Part shown: positions 51,273 through 63,574 of the stretch, one piece after another
Layout of the letters: each line of letters opens with the position of its first letter
Position numbering within the stretch: the first letter of the stretch is position 1
NCBI RefSeq assembly: GCF_009914755.1
Contig: NC_060931.1
Strand: one strand, 5' to 3'
Origin: the human T2T-CHM13v2.0 reference genome, Homo sapiens
Length of the DNA stretch: 64,000 bases
The notes under the pieces: model-generated
Database searches by the model: none
Told to the model about the DNA's origin: nothing
The model's input: the letters and a program-made list of their open reading frames with translations, nothing else
Position numbers and translations under genes: made by a program

Positions 51273-51845
51273 AGAAGACGGTGTGGTGATTCCTCAAGGA
51301 TCTAGAACCAGAAATACCATTTGACCCAGCAATCCCATTACTGGGCACATACCCAAAGGATTATAAATCATTATACTATAAAGACACCTGCACACATATA
51401 TTTATTGTGGCACTATTCACAGTAGCAAAGACTTGGAACCAACCCAAATGTCCATCAACGATAGACTGGATTTAGAAAATGTGGCACCATGGAATACTAT
51501 GCAGCCATAAAAAACAATGAGTTCATGTCTTTTGCAGGGACATGGATGAAGCTGGAAACCATCATTTTCAGCAAACTATCACGAGATGAGAAAATGAAAC
51601 ACCGCATGTTCTCACTCATAAGTGGGAGTTGAATGATGAGAACACATGGACCCAGGGAGGGGAATATCACACACTGGGACCTGTCGGGGGGTTGGGGGCT
51701 AGGGGAGGGATAACATTAGGAGAAATACCTAATGTAGGTGATAGGTTGATGGGTGCAGCAAACCACCAAGGCACGTGTATACCTGTGTACCAAAACTGCA
51801 CACTCTGCACACATAACCCAGAACTTAAAGTATAATAAAGAAAAT
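51273..51845 (+). mobile_element. L1PA (about PA7-8) 3' end
   Basis: gattcctcaaggatctagaaccagaaatacc...cccagaacttaaagtataataa. Confidence 0.95.
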
Positions 51846-51880
51846 AACATAATTGAGTATAAATAAATGTTATATTTATT

Positions 51881-51960
51881 TATATATGATATACATGTAT
51901 ATCATATATTATATATGATATACATGTATATCATATATAATATATGATATATATTTATAT
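51881..51960. repeat. AT-rich tandem repeat of a self-complementary ~29-bp unit
   Basis: atatatgatataca|tgtatatcatatat (51882-51909) and ttatatatgatataca|tgtatatcatatataa (51909-51940) are perfect palindromes. Confidence 0.9.
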
Positions 51961-52641
51961 ATTTGAGCATAAGTAAATGCTATAGTTTCATCACATAGTA
52001 ACTGTGCCCATGGAAAGTCAGACTGCTTGGATGTGCAGGTCACAGTCCAAGCACTCCCATTCATTGGCTGGCAATTACAGAAATTTCAGGTTTATAATTA
52101 AGAGGATTAGGAATGATAGTAAAAGGAGTTAAAATACATATTAAATAATACAAAGAAATTAAGGGAAAATAACCCCTAGAGAGCTTTCTTTGCAATTGAA
52201 AATCTGTATAGTGGCAACTAAAGTTACAGCATGAAAAGTCAATTAACTTAAAACTATATTAATAATCTCTGTGTGTAATAACCTAAAATAAGAATATTAG
52301 ATTCCCAGGAAAATTAAACAAGTTTCTAAGATTTCTTATATCATTATGACCGATTTAAATAATTCTATTATTATTATTACTTACAATATGTTCTTCGAAA
52401 ATGAAGCTCATTTTTCAAATCTAATTTCTGAGGATAGTGTCTAGAATCAAAGAGATGAAATGTTGTGCTTCACAACCCATTCTGCAACTTGCTAAAATTT
52501 CAGATCAAATTCTAAAAAACCTATGTAAACAGATACTTTCTATTTACATTGCCAGATTTTCCCCTCTGTTTAAAAATAACAGATCGGTCATGCTTGAAGG
52601 TTGCATCCCGTGTTAGGTGTCAAAGAAATAAAGTTAGATAC

Positions 52642-52878
52642 CGCGGAGCGTTTTAGAGTCCACGTAAGCACATCTTTCTGTCTCACTGATAAGATCCAGT
52701 CCATCCTCTGCATAGTTCTGGTGTTTCTTTTTATCTGTCACGCTGTTGTGTAGACAGCTTGTGGCAGATGTATTCCATAAATGTTAAGGTACATTGGGTT
52801 CAGGATTGCTTCTGACATCAAGTGCATAGATAGAGCTTTATCGTTTCCAAATATGGGCTGATCTCCAGCCAAGAAAAT
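52642..52878 (-). pseudogene. Fossil exon F (237 nt, phase 0>0): IFLAGDQPIFGNDKALSMHLMSEAILNPMYLNIYGIHLPQAVYTTA*QIKRNTRTMQRMDWILSVRQKDVLTWTLKRSA
   Basis: 79 codons with one TGA (CGA>TGA-like), donor GCG|gtatct, locally CpG-retaining. Acceptor is ambiguous (alternative start at 52886). Confidence 0.6.
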
Positions 52879-53301
52879 CTATGATTCTAGGACATACTGA
52901 CATAATGAAAACTCAGTTAAGTTCCCATAGAGTGTAGCTTGTTTGGCTCTGACCTTTGGAGGGCAGAAGGGTTTATGTTAAATATTTGGTTGCATTGGGT
53001 TGGTGGACAGTCTATCTTTATTTTGACCTTTCTGTCTCTAGCTCTCTATTTTTCAAGCAGAAGACATAATCCTTCCCCTCAGCTAGAAAAGTGGCCCAGA
53101 ACATTCCATAGCAATTAGTGGCCCCTATTGATAGTTAGACTTTTGCAACAAAAGCATGTGCTTCCTTGGTTGTACAATTTCTTATTTGTTCTTTAAAAGT
53201 AAATTTCCAGGAATAAATCCAGGAACTACCTGTGACTCTCTCTTCCCTCTCTCCAGTTCCTTTTCATAGCTAGAATGGTCCTTGCAAAGAGTAATAATTA
53301 C

Positions 53302-53362
53302 CTATGCTTCCCACCTCTAGGTCACTTCAAATGTATACTTTATCATGTCTGTTTCATATCTC
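53302..53362 (-). pseudogene. Fossil exon E (61 nt, phase 2>0): RYETDMIKYTFEVT*RWEA*
   Basis: ttctttag|G ... TAG|gtaatt. Bridges the phase of exons D and F; two TAG stops (plausibly ex-CAG). Confidence 0.45.
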
Positions 53363-54297
53363 CTAAAGAATCTAGCCACAGTGAAATTCCACCTCAATCT
53401 GTAGTATCAAGAAAGTTCAAACATATACTCTTTCCTAGTTTACTACCTAACAAATTCGTATCACACAAGGAAGAAAAAAATTCTTTATAACACATAAACA
53501 TAAGTTATTCGACTCTTCTATTTGCTGGGTCTTTTCCTAGTAAATAAAAAGTGGGGACTACTTTCCATATTCTCAGAGGCATCATTTTAATATGTTTTTC
53601 CTACAATATACATTTTCCTTAGACCAAGTTGTATATTGCCATGTATTATTTTAAAACCAGGATAAATCGAAGTTTTAGATTGCTTAGCTACTACTTACTG
53701 CAGGATGTTAGAGCAAATGAAAAACTGAAAATAATTCAAGAGATGATCCTTATGTTGGTAATTGAGTTGGTACAAACTACTATAATGTTAAAAGAAACAG
53801 AAAAAGCTAATTTAAGAAACGACCATTTCCTTTATGCCTTGTGAGCAGCAGGTTAAAGCTCAACGGATTTTTTTTAACATAATGGGGTACTGGGGAACCT
53901 TGTTATTAATGCCTCACTGAAAAACATTTATCCAAGGTGTAAACAATCGACAAAACTTGAAATGTCTACCTGCCAAACATCAGGGCTTCAAGGTCTTTAA
54001 GCACTTTCTGTGCAGCAGGGGGTTGTATTTATTATTTGAAAGGATGACCTGTTAATGGGATCCAGTGGTATTGGAATCTGACATATAACCTAGAGATAAA
54101 ATTGGATGAATTGGATAATTTTTTGAAATGAATACCAGGGTAGGAAAAAAGATGTTTTTCAACATTATTAAATAATGCCGATATTTTTCTGTGTATCTAG
54201 GGGGATTCTCCTTGCTGTATGTTATTAATGACTCCTGAAAACAGATAATGAAATTGACTTTAAATATTGTTCATGTGGATGCTCACATCTAGAAGGG

Positions 54298-54340
54298 GTG
54301 TGTGTCATGTGTGTGTGTGTGTGTCTGTGTGTGTGTGTGT
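54298..54340. repeat. Interrupted (TG)n microsatellite
   Basis: gtgtgtgtcatgtgtgtgtgtgtgtgtctgtgtgtgtgtgtgt. Confidence 0.95.
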
Positions 54341-56258
54341 TTAAACTAGAATCTAATTTCCATCTCCTATGGGCTTTTAAAGGCTGTCTCCATAGCGATG
54401 ACCAATGAGAGGAGAGGATTTAGCAGGTTTCTTTCTCAGTATATGTGGCACAGTCATCTCTTTTTATGTCCTTCTATTTGTTCCCTATATGCCATTACTG
54501 GCTGCCTCTATGGCAACAGCCAATGAGCTCTTGCACATACATCACTGCACCCTCTGTATATGCTCCTTTGTGTGTGCCCTCATGCACTCAGTGGTATCAT
54601 AAAGCATCTGAGGAGTTGTACGTGCCCAGTGAGTTGGTTTTGTGCCCCTGGAACCTCCTCTTCCTTCCATGCCCTCAGGATAGCATGGATCATAATCACC
54701 TTAAAAATTGTACCTGCTTGAATTGTCCCTCCCTGTTCAGTACACATTAATCTTCTCTGACCTAGGTTCCATGGATATAATGTGTTCATTATAGAAGATG
54801 AAAGATGAAAGCTTGTTGGCTGCGTAGCTTTGGGAGAACCTCAACTTGTAAAATATGAAGTCCCGGTATGGGATAGATATTTAAGTCTAGCAGAACTTTC
54901 TTATAAAAGGATACATTCTAGTCAACATTTTGATATTTCATACTACTTCTTGGTAGGATTTAAAACACTAGATTTGCATTTTATTGTTTTATAAACAATT
55001 ATCATGTAAGTGATTTTTCTGCATGTGGTATTTATTTATTTTTCCTAGGGATAAAAGCAAACATTAAACATAAAATCCGCCCTCAAGAAGCCTATTTTCG
55101 CAAACAATCATCTTCCATACCCACTTTGATGAGATAATCATCTAATGAAAACAAATTGATGGTAATCAAATTGATGGTATACATTAAAAGAGGTAAAAAT
55201 TAAAGACAAAAGAAGTATTGGTAAGTAGTTCAGAAATGTGTACATTTAAAACAAAAATATGAGATTAAGAGAAAACTAACCTGGTATTTAGATGTTTTTG
55301 TTGTTTTGCTTATGTTTAACTTTTAGACTTTCTCATAGAGACATTGTAACTAAAATCCACACTTCTGTAATATTGCGCTTGTAATTTCCATTTCAAACCC
55401 TAAAGCAAAATTTAATTTAATTCAATTTGCAGTTTGGAGCACAGTGTAGACAATTTAAACTTAACTATATCTAATTATTTTCACCATTTTGTGTTTTAAA
55501 ATTAACAACAAATCTTGCAATAGCATATATTCTAATATGTTCCTTTTCAATTGGTGATAAATGGCAGCAGAAATCCTTGTAAGGAAAGGATCCAAAGAAA
55601 ACATTCTTGTGAGCTATATTGATTGTCACTCATTGTAAGAAAAAGCAAACACTTTGTCTTCACAAATTGGGTCCTCAGGCCTGCAGGAGGATTCCTCTTG
55701 AATGGGGGTTGTTATTACTCCAAGAGACTGGGGCTAGGGATGGCATAGACAAAGGAAAGCTGAAAAACTCTTATTCAAGACTAAATCTTAGAGATCAGAA
55801 GTGATTCCTTCAATGACTACTCAGAAGTCAGCTACCACAGATCAGGGAACATAGTCATAACAACATCATAAAACTACTTAAATTTTGTAATTTCCCCATG
55901 CATTTTGGTTTTGCCATCCCCTTAAAATCAAAAGTCCTGTGTGTTTGTCTTTGGGGACAGCAAGAAAGCCTGAAGTTGCAGAGACTATCCCTCTTTGCTG
56001 CTATATTAGTGGTGAGAAGATCTTTGAGGATGAGAGAGGGGTGGAAGCACTGTGGACATTACTGAGGTTAATGTCAAACAACAAGGCCAGCACAGAAGCC
56101 AATCTGGGTTATAGGCACACTGAGTATATCTTACTAACCACACAGCATCATGACCCCCCGATGCATTCAATTGGGATGATGTTATGTGCCATTTAAATCT
56201 TTATCACTAACTCTTTATCACATGCCATGAGACTCAATCACTGAAATCTTAGTCTATT

Positions 56259-57066
56259 CATTTATGCAGCCAACAGACACATGAAAAAATGCTCATCATC
56301 ACTGGCCATCAGAGAAATGCAAATCAAAACCACAATGAGATATCATCTCACACCAGTTAGAATGGCGATCATTAAAAAGTCAGGAAACAACAGGTGCTGG
56401 AGAGGATGTGGAGAAATAGGAACGCTTTTACACTGTTGGTGGGACTGTCAACTAGTTCAACCATTGTATAAGTCAGTGTGACGATTCCTCAGAGATCTAG
56501 AACTAGAAATACCATTTGACCCAGCCATCCCATTACTGGGTATATACCCAAAGGACTATAAATCATGCTGCTATAAAGACACATGCACACGTATGTTTAT
56601 TGCGGCACTATTCACAATAGCAAAGACTTGGAACCAACCCAAATGTCCAACAATGATAGACTGGATTAAGAAAATGTGGCACATATACACCATGGAATAT
56701 TATGCAGCCATAAAAAATGATGAGTTCATATCCTTTGTAGGAACATGGATGAAATTGGAAACCATCATTCTCAGTAAACTATGGCAAGAACAAAAAACCA
56801 AACACCGCATATTCTCACTCATAGGTGGGAATTGAACAATGAGATCACATGGACACAGGAAGGGGAATATCACACTCTGGGGACTGTGGTGGGGTCGGGG
56901 GAGGGGGGAGGGATAGCATTGGGAGATATACCTAATGCTAGATGACACATTAGTGGGTGCAGCGCACCAGCATGGCACATGTATACATATGTAACTAACC
57001 TGCACAATGTGCACATGTACCCTAAAACTTAGAGTATAATTAAAAAAAAAAAAAAAAAAAAAAAAA
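56259..57066 (+). mobile_element. 5'-truncated (~800 bp) L1 with L1HS-Ta diagnostic 3' UTR
   Basis: gatgacACAttagtgggtgcagcgcacc (ACA at 56947-56949), cttaGagtataat (G at 57032), gagatcacatgg, long pure poly(A). Confidence 0.93.
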
Positions 57067-57214
57067 GAAAGCCCAGGCCAGGGCAATGTTCAAGTGTCAA
57101 GGCACAGGGACAGCTATGTCTAGCAAAATTTCCTATGAGCCCTCAGGTAACACTGACCCTTTCTGCCCTAATCCAGGATTTAAGGAGACTGGGTTATTAG
57201 ATTGGTCCCAGTAA

Positions 57215-57850
57215 CTTCACCAATAACATTTAGTGAAGGCCTGTTATGTGGCAGATATAAGAAAGAGATTATGCCATCCTATGTTTCAAAAAGTTTAATT
57301 TCTTAATGAGTGAGGTAGGCAAAGCAGAAGCCAAACTAAAACAACACAACAATGTGTGATAAAGTAATAAAAGTATACACAAGGTGCACTAGGGGCACAG
57401 CTGAGCAAATCAATTCTATTTGTGGTAAAGTGAGAGATCAGAAATAACTTACAGAAGTTACATTTGAGCCAAATCTAAAGACGAGTAGGCATTTACCAGG
57501 AGACCAGAGGAAAGCATTCAGGCTGAGCAAGCAGTCTCGGCAAAAATGTGAAATGTTAAGGTTCATTAGGGAAGCTGTAAGCATTTCTTGACGGCTGGCA
57601 GCATATACGTATATGGGGTAAGGGTGAAGATCCATAAGGTCTAATACCATGTCAAGAATCCTGGATTTTTCTCCTATGTAAAGTAAGCTTATAAAGATTT
57701 GGATTTTCTTGAAGATCACTTGAAAGCAGTTTGGAGGATTAATTGGGAATGACAAGACTTGAAGCAGGGAGATGGGTTAGGGGCAATTGTCATAGTCTAG
57801 GTGTGATAGGGAGGTAGCCTAGACTGTGTGGAGGTAAAGGGATGGGTGGT
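57215..57850 (-). mobile_element. L2 fragment
   Basis: aacatttagtgaaggcctgttatgtg...; gtcaagaatcctggatttttctcct...gcaattgtcatagtctaggtg. Confidence 0.7.
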
Positions 57851-58003
57851 TAGGCCTGTTTACCTGAGAATATTGTATAATTGTCAATGTGATAGAATTG
57901 TCTGCTGTCTTGTTATACTTTCCATGTATTTGACTATAGTTAGGGCATTTGTATTGTGATTTTTTCTCTTATTCTGTGTAGCATTTCTTCTTTTGAGGCA
58001 GTA

Positions 58004-58490
58004 TGTGGCAGAGACTGCCAGCTGTCCCCTATATCTGCTTTCTTTCTTTCGTTAATAATAAACTCACACATTTTATGGGTCATTGGGATAAAGACATATT
58101 CTATCCTTCTTGGCAGCTGGAGTGCTTCTGAGACTACTTTCTGGCTAATGGGATGTGAGCAGTACTAATGTGTGCAATACCTGGATTGTGCCCATAAAGA
58201 GAAAGTAGGAGGGGTGCCTTCTACTTTTCTTCTCCTCTTCTTGCTTGCTGGAATAAGAATATGATGGCAGAAACTGGAGGAGCCGTTTAGTCACAAAGAG
58301 GAACATACATGTTAAGAATCACAGCATCACAAGCTAGAAGGAGCTTGGTGCTCATCACCACCCCATGGAGCTGCCATATCAGCCCTTAAATGCTCATGCT
58401 AGACTGCTACAAGAGAGAGACATTCATTTCTATATTGTTTAAGTCATTGTTGTTTGAGCAACTGTTACAACAATCACACTTTTATCTTTA
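58004..58490 (+). mobile_element. MaLR LTR (MLT1J-like)
   Basis: tgtggcagagactgccagctgtccc...ttctggctaatgggatgtgagcag...ttctatattgtttaagtcattg. Confidence 0.8.
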
Positions 58491-59248
58491 CATGTATAAG
58501 CACTAGCATTTTTATTTTTAATTGATAAGAATTATGTTATGTTTATATCATTTAATAGGTGTAAAAATAATTTTTGTTATGAATGTGTAAAATTTTTCTC
58601 CAGTTTCTCTCTTCCATTTTGCATTTTTAACTTTTTGGAGCAGTAAACACTCAAAAATCATCTCTTCTGGAAACCAATGTAATTTTCCTTCTTAAATGAC
58701 TATTTCTTTTTCTCGTGTCTCTTTTCATTATTAAATATATTAATTTCTGAAAGTCCTGTTCTTAAATACATTCTTTTTAAAAAAAATCTCCTTGAGTCTT
58801 TACTTCCCAAATTTCAAAAATTGTTCTTGTTCAAACAAATGTGAATCTAAAATACAGCTTTTTAGTCTCTGTCACTTTCTAGAGCTCTAAACGGCTGTCA
58901 GCTTGCCATCTCTGCCACAGTGTACTGCTGACATTTTGTGTAATACTTCCAATATCATATTCATTGTCCTTTCCCCAGATCACATCCTTCTTCTTACATC
59001 CCAGTTTTTTGTTAATGGTACCAACATTCTCTAAGTAACCCAGACTTAAAACCCTGCAGTCACCTCACCTTCTTCCTTTATTCCTTACACCTAGCCAGTT
59101 GTCAAATGCTGTACATTCTATCTCTGGAGGATGTCTCTACTTCTCTTACTGTCTACTGCTAATACCCTAATTCAAGCTCTGAAATAGGTTAGGCCCTTGA
59201 CTACGTAACTGATCATTTTTTGCAACTTCCTTAGCTTCCCTCAAGTCT

Positions 59249-59469
59249 TAAGGTTTGGCAAACTTTTTCTGTAAATAGTCAGAAAGTAAATACTTTAGGC
59301 TTGAGGCTATATGATCTCTGTTATAGCTACTTGACTCTGTCACTGTAGCAAGAAAACAGTCAAGGACAATATTTAAATAAATGGCTGTGGTAGCGTTCCA
59401 ACAAAACTTTGTGTACAAAGAAAGGCAGCAAGCTATGTTGGTTCAGAAGCCATAGTTTGCCAACTCTTG
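59249..59469. mobile_element. MER58A hAT DNA transposon
   Basis: ggcaaactttttctgtaaatagtcagaaagtaaatactttaggc...gccatagtttgccaactcttg. Confidence 0.88.
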
Positions 59470-59479
59470 TTCTAGACCA

Positions 59480-60260
59480 TGGTATATATAAGTTAACAAG
59501 AGGACAATTTTCTGGCTCTCAAGTATCTTCTAATTTAGACAAGTAGGAAGGGAGGAAAAATACAAAAAAGCAGTAAATATATGAGCAAGATTAACAACCA
59601 ATTCATTGCTGTAGTAAATATTATGAGGCCAATTAAATGATATGATAGCAAAGGACTAAAAAATTATCTTTAGGATTCAAAGGTCAGGGAAAGATTCTCT
59701 GTTAAAGTGATATTTGCATTGCAGCCTGAAAAAATATGCAAAACATGAGGTAAACACTTCCAAGCAGAGGTAGAAGCATGTCAAAGGCCCTATATTGTAA
59801 AGGAGATTTATTTATTTAAGGAAATTACTAGCAGGAGAAGGAGTAGGACAGGTTGCTGGGGAGGACCTCATGGAGGTCTTCTATGCAGGCTATCGTAAGG
59901 ATTTGGGGTGCTATTCTACATCCAATAGAAAACAACTAGAAGGTTTTAAGGAGGAAAGTAAGAATCAATGGTTAACTTTAGAATGAATTATAGAAGGGTG
60001 AGACAGGTAGGTGATCAACCAATTAGGATGATATTATTGTAGTAATTCAATAAGAAAATGACTGTTTGAAGTGCATCTGTCACTAATATGGTTGCAGTGG
60101 AGATGAGGGAGCAGACTCAGAACATATTTTCTTGGAAAAACTAATAGAACCTGGTTCTATTAATTTGGTTGCAGAAGGTAAGGGAAGAAGGGAAGGATGA
60201 CTTCTCTGTTTTTGACTTGAGTAATGGAGCAGTGATGATTACTGAGATGGAAAAGCATCT
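59480..60260 (-). mobile_element. L2 fragment
   Basis: ccaagcagaggtagaagcatgtcaaaggccct...aaggatgacttctctgtttttgacttgagtaatgg...ttactgagatgg. Confidence 0.7.
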
Positions 60261-60499
60261 TACTAGTCATGAAATACCTACGATTTATCCTCTTTTTTCT
60301 TTAAAACTTTGAGCGTTACCTTTATTCCTTTCTGTTTTAAAGCACTAATGTTACCAGCAGTTATAACAAGTCTGTGAATAATTAATGTATAATTATATAA
60401 ATAATCACAATGTATTGAGTTGAAAACAGTATGTCCTTTAAAATAATATTAAAATTGACTACTTTTTTTTCTTTGCAATAGTGGCATACTATCCACTAG

Positions 60500-60900
60500 T
60501 TAGGAAAATAAAATCACGCAAATCCTGCACTTTGATAAAGCCTTTAACTCATTCCTTTACTAAACAAGTAACACACAAAAATATACTCTCTGCAACACTA
60601 GGCTAAGCAAGGATTCAGTATACGTGGTAGCCCTATCTTCAGATGTGTAAGGCCTGGGTTAAGTTTGGATTAGGTAGGTTGCAAATAAAGAAGGCATCAA
60701 CAATATATTGCAGGTGATATTAGAATGTTTCCCCTGGGATCATCTTAGTATTATAGTTAACAATTTCATAATGCAGTTGAAATGGCAGGCACTAGAATTG
60801 TTTGGCAGTCACTAACATTTCAGAACACCCAAACAGCATTTAAAATGACAATGATAAATTGTGATGTGAATTTTGGAAAGGGTAAGAACAAAATCAACAA
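60500..60900 (+). mobile_element. Possible CR1/L3 LINE RT remnant
   Basis: LHFDKAFNS (LDFSKAFDS-like) and a degenerate PQGS-region motif; very diverged. Confidence 0.35.
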
Positions 60901-61489
60901 ACCTAGAGACCACTAATATTGGTATTGACTGGGAAGGACATACATATACATTGCAGTATAATAGATATCAGAGTTATAAAGACAAATAAATGAAGACCTC
61001 TGACTAAGGAATTTATAATCTAATTCAGTTTGGCTATAACATAAGACTCATAAAGGAAAAGAGTGAGGAATAGTTTTTGAAGGACAGGTTAGGGACAGAT
61101 TTGTGGAGGGTCTTAAAAAGCAAGATAGTAAGTTTGGTCTTCATTCATGGGGTAATGGGGACTCTGTAAAGAGTTTTGGAGAAGAGAATAACAAGATGGT
61201 AGTTGTTCTTTAGGAAGATTGATTGGGTAGTTCTATGAATCGGACAGCAAGAAGACACTGAAGTTGGGAAACAAATTAAGATGTTAATTCCATTTACTAT
61301 TACAATGTCTTCAAATAAATACATGAATGCATTATTAATGTCTTCTTTTATAAAAGAAAAATATTTTTTGAAGATCTTGAAGTCAGCTATGAAATGTGTT
61401 AAAATAATAACAGGAATATTCTTGTACTGTCTGAAATTTATTGTGGGTTATTTATAGATTAGTGCTGACTTGCTAAGCACTTAATCTAA

Positions 61490-61705
61490 CAGATCACTGG
61501 CATTTTTCAGCCCTTATTGCGTGTCAGGCACTGTCCTATAAGCTTGACAACTTATCACAGATACTTACCTGGACCCTATGGGGAAGGAGTTTTCACCACG
61601 TTTCCACTCAGAAGGATATTCAGGCCAATTATATAACCAGTCTAAGTTCGCCCGGCTAAGGACTCAAACCCAGTTCTGTTTCACTTCAGAGCCTGTGGCT
61701 CTGCT
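61490..61705 (-). mobile_element. MIR SINE
   Basis: gtgtcaggcactgtccta...accctatggggaagg...ggactcaaacccagttctgtttcacttcagagcc. Confidence 0.7.
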
Positions 61706-61719
61706 CTTAAACCTTTCAC

Positions 61720-62129
61720 CATCAGATTTCATTGAAATGGTAATTTGTTCTCCAGCTATTTTTCGTGTTGAAAAATAGCTTTTTTTGTACTGTGTCACTA
61801 ATAGCTCTGGGAACATCAAGTCGAATATTTTAGTTATTGTTATTTTGTTTGTTGATTTCTTCAAGTTTAATCTTAAAAGTAAAATTGACTTTTTCTTCAT
61901 GAGATTGTGAAGTTATAACACACAAGGAAAGAATGACATGGGGTTGTAGAAATGTATTTGAAACCATATCAGTGCCTGTCAATTTATATAAATAGATCCT
62001 GCAAGTCCCTGTGACATTAAATAGTGGTTGGATTACATGGCTGGGTTCTTGAGGAGATTACCTCTGCCTTCTGCAGAGTATGAAGGCTATATTTAGAACT
62101 AGTGTTGATTTCACTGTTTGGAGTATTGT
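61720..62129 (-). pseudogene. Fossil exon D (410 nt, phase 0>2, three stops): TILQTVKSTLVLNIAFILCRRQR*SPQEPSHVIQPLFNVTGTCRIYLYKLTGTDMVS...NEI*(W)
   Basis: Acceptor ttttatttttttaaag|A, donor ATG|gtgaaa. One frame with about 75 open codons between stops; length 136 codons + 2 fits both neighbours. An internal donor (GAG|gtaatc, ~62061) could mean it is two exons. Confidence 0.55.
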
Positions 62130-62581
62130 CTTTAAAAAAATAAAATTGTATACTGTGAAAACATTTTCTAGGTGGAATTTAAGGGGAATCATGTATAGTG
62201 AAAACCCAAAATAGTCAGTGAAAGTCTTCTATGAATACAAGTGGACTATCCTCTCTTATAACTATGTTAAATGTAACAAATCATCACTGGAATTGCTCTG
62301 AAAGAAAGAGCATAATGCTAGGGGTTGTGGATGACTTAAAGCTTTCATGCTCCTTTTCTCTTTTAGGGAGTATCCTCTAAAGCATGCTATACACAAGAAA
62401 AATAATCACGCACATTTCCTAAATTCTAGGTAAGCTAGAACTCTCCCAAAGCAGGGCTTCCTGGTAAGATAGAAGCAGAAGCTTCTTCCTTCCTACTTTC
62501 TGCTTATGGAACACCTCGGTCTTTCAAACAGACTCTAAATCTCCTTACCTAATCAGTTTCATGGAGTGAGGGTTACCTTAC

Positions 62582-62668
62582 ATTTCCAACCACAGGCAGA
62601 GACACTAGAACAAAAAGGACTTGTGTGGGCAGCCTTGCCTCTGTGGCAAATATTTTCATGCATGCTTT
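62582..62668 (-). pseudogene. Fossil exon C (87 nt, phase 0>0): KACMKIFATEARLPTQVLFVLVSLPVVGN
   Basis: Pyrimidine-rich acceptor ttttatcctccttatag|A after an 87-nt intron, donor AAT|gtaagg, open frame. Confidence 0.7.
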
Positions 62669-62755
62669 CTATAAGGAGGATAAAATGTAAGAAAAATGGT
62701 GTTACAAAAAATAGTATAAATCCTTTCAGTAGATAATGAGATGAAAGGAGGAAAC

Positions 62756-62843
62756 GCTCCCATATGGCTGCATTAAGGCCCAGGAATACTGCCCCCTTGG
62801 AAAGGACTGCCACAGGTTATCACCAATTACATTATTAGCCCTC
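62756..62843 (-). pseudogene. Fossil exon B (88 nt, phase 2>0): RANNVIGDNLWQSFPRGQYSWALMQPYGS
   Basis: Perfect TACTAAC branch point (62856-62862, minus strand) then ttttcaccaaag|G. Open frame; weak donor AGC|gtttcc. Confidence 0.68.
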
Positions 62844-63309
62844 CTTTGGTGAAAAGTTAGTAAGAGAATGAATATAAGATTGAAAGAAATCTCCTCGGTA
62901 CTTCCCTGAATGTGAAAAAAGGTATAAGCATCCAATTTTGTTATAGCAGAAAGTGATTTTATATTTATATATGTTTATATTTTTATAAGACCAAAGTATG
63001 AACAAAAGGGAATAAATAGTTCTGTTACACAACTATATCCAATGAAGTTGTGGTGAGAGTTGTCCTGAAAATTAGCACTAGAGTTACAAACACATTTAAA
63101 ATGTATTGTCTATATAACTATATTTTACCTTCTTAAGTAGTAAGAAGTAAAACAAATATTAGGAAAAATGTTAGTAAAAGGGTAATTATTACATCTAAAC
63201 ATTAAAAAACACAACAAACTTTTTCTACAAAAATGTATAATTTACAGTCAAAAGTTGTGAGACACAAAGAATTAATTAAAAGAAAACTTAGTCACCAATA
63301 TAGCTAGTG

Positions 63310-63520
63310 ATAGTAGTTATTCATTGGACATGCAATGCCAACCCCTTGGTTAAGGCCTTTACTTATCTCCATTAATCCTTGAGAATTATATGCCATAGCA
63401 GACAGTCTTAGTGCAGTATTCTTATTTTACAATGGAAAAAGTAGAGGCTCAGAAAAGTTAAATAACTTGGCCAAAGGCACACAGACATAAATGTAGGAAC
63501 TGGGGCTGATGGGTGTCAAT
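63310..63520 (-). mobile_element. MIR SINE
   Basis: attttacaatggaaaaagtagaggctcagaaaagttaaataacttggccaaaggcacacag. Confidence 0.8.
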
Positions 63521-63574
63521 TTCCACATTAATATCTGCTAGTCTGACTATTTAACACATTTATCAAAGTTTCAC

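Noticed and set aside
54425-54790. GC-elevated segment with ggcaac/ccaat motifs and short ORFs
   Set aside because: Probably a degenerate LTR; family could not be assigned by eye and there is no coding evidence.
61754-61786. 11-bp-stem hairpin followed by a T-run, like a bacterial intrinsic terminator
   Set aside because: Human nuclear DNA, AT-rich stem, lies within candidate exon D; probably chance.
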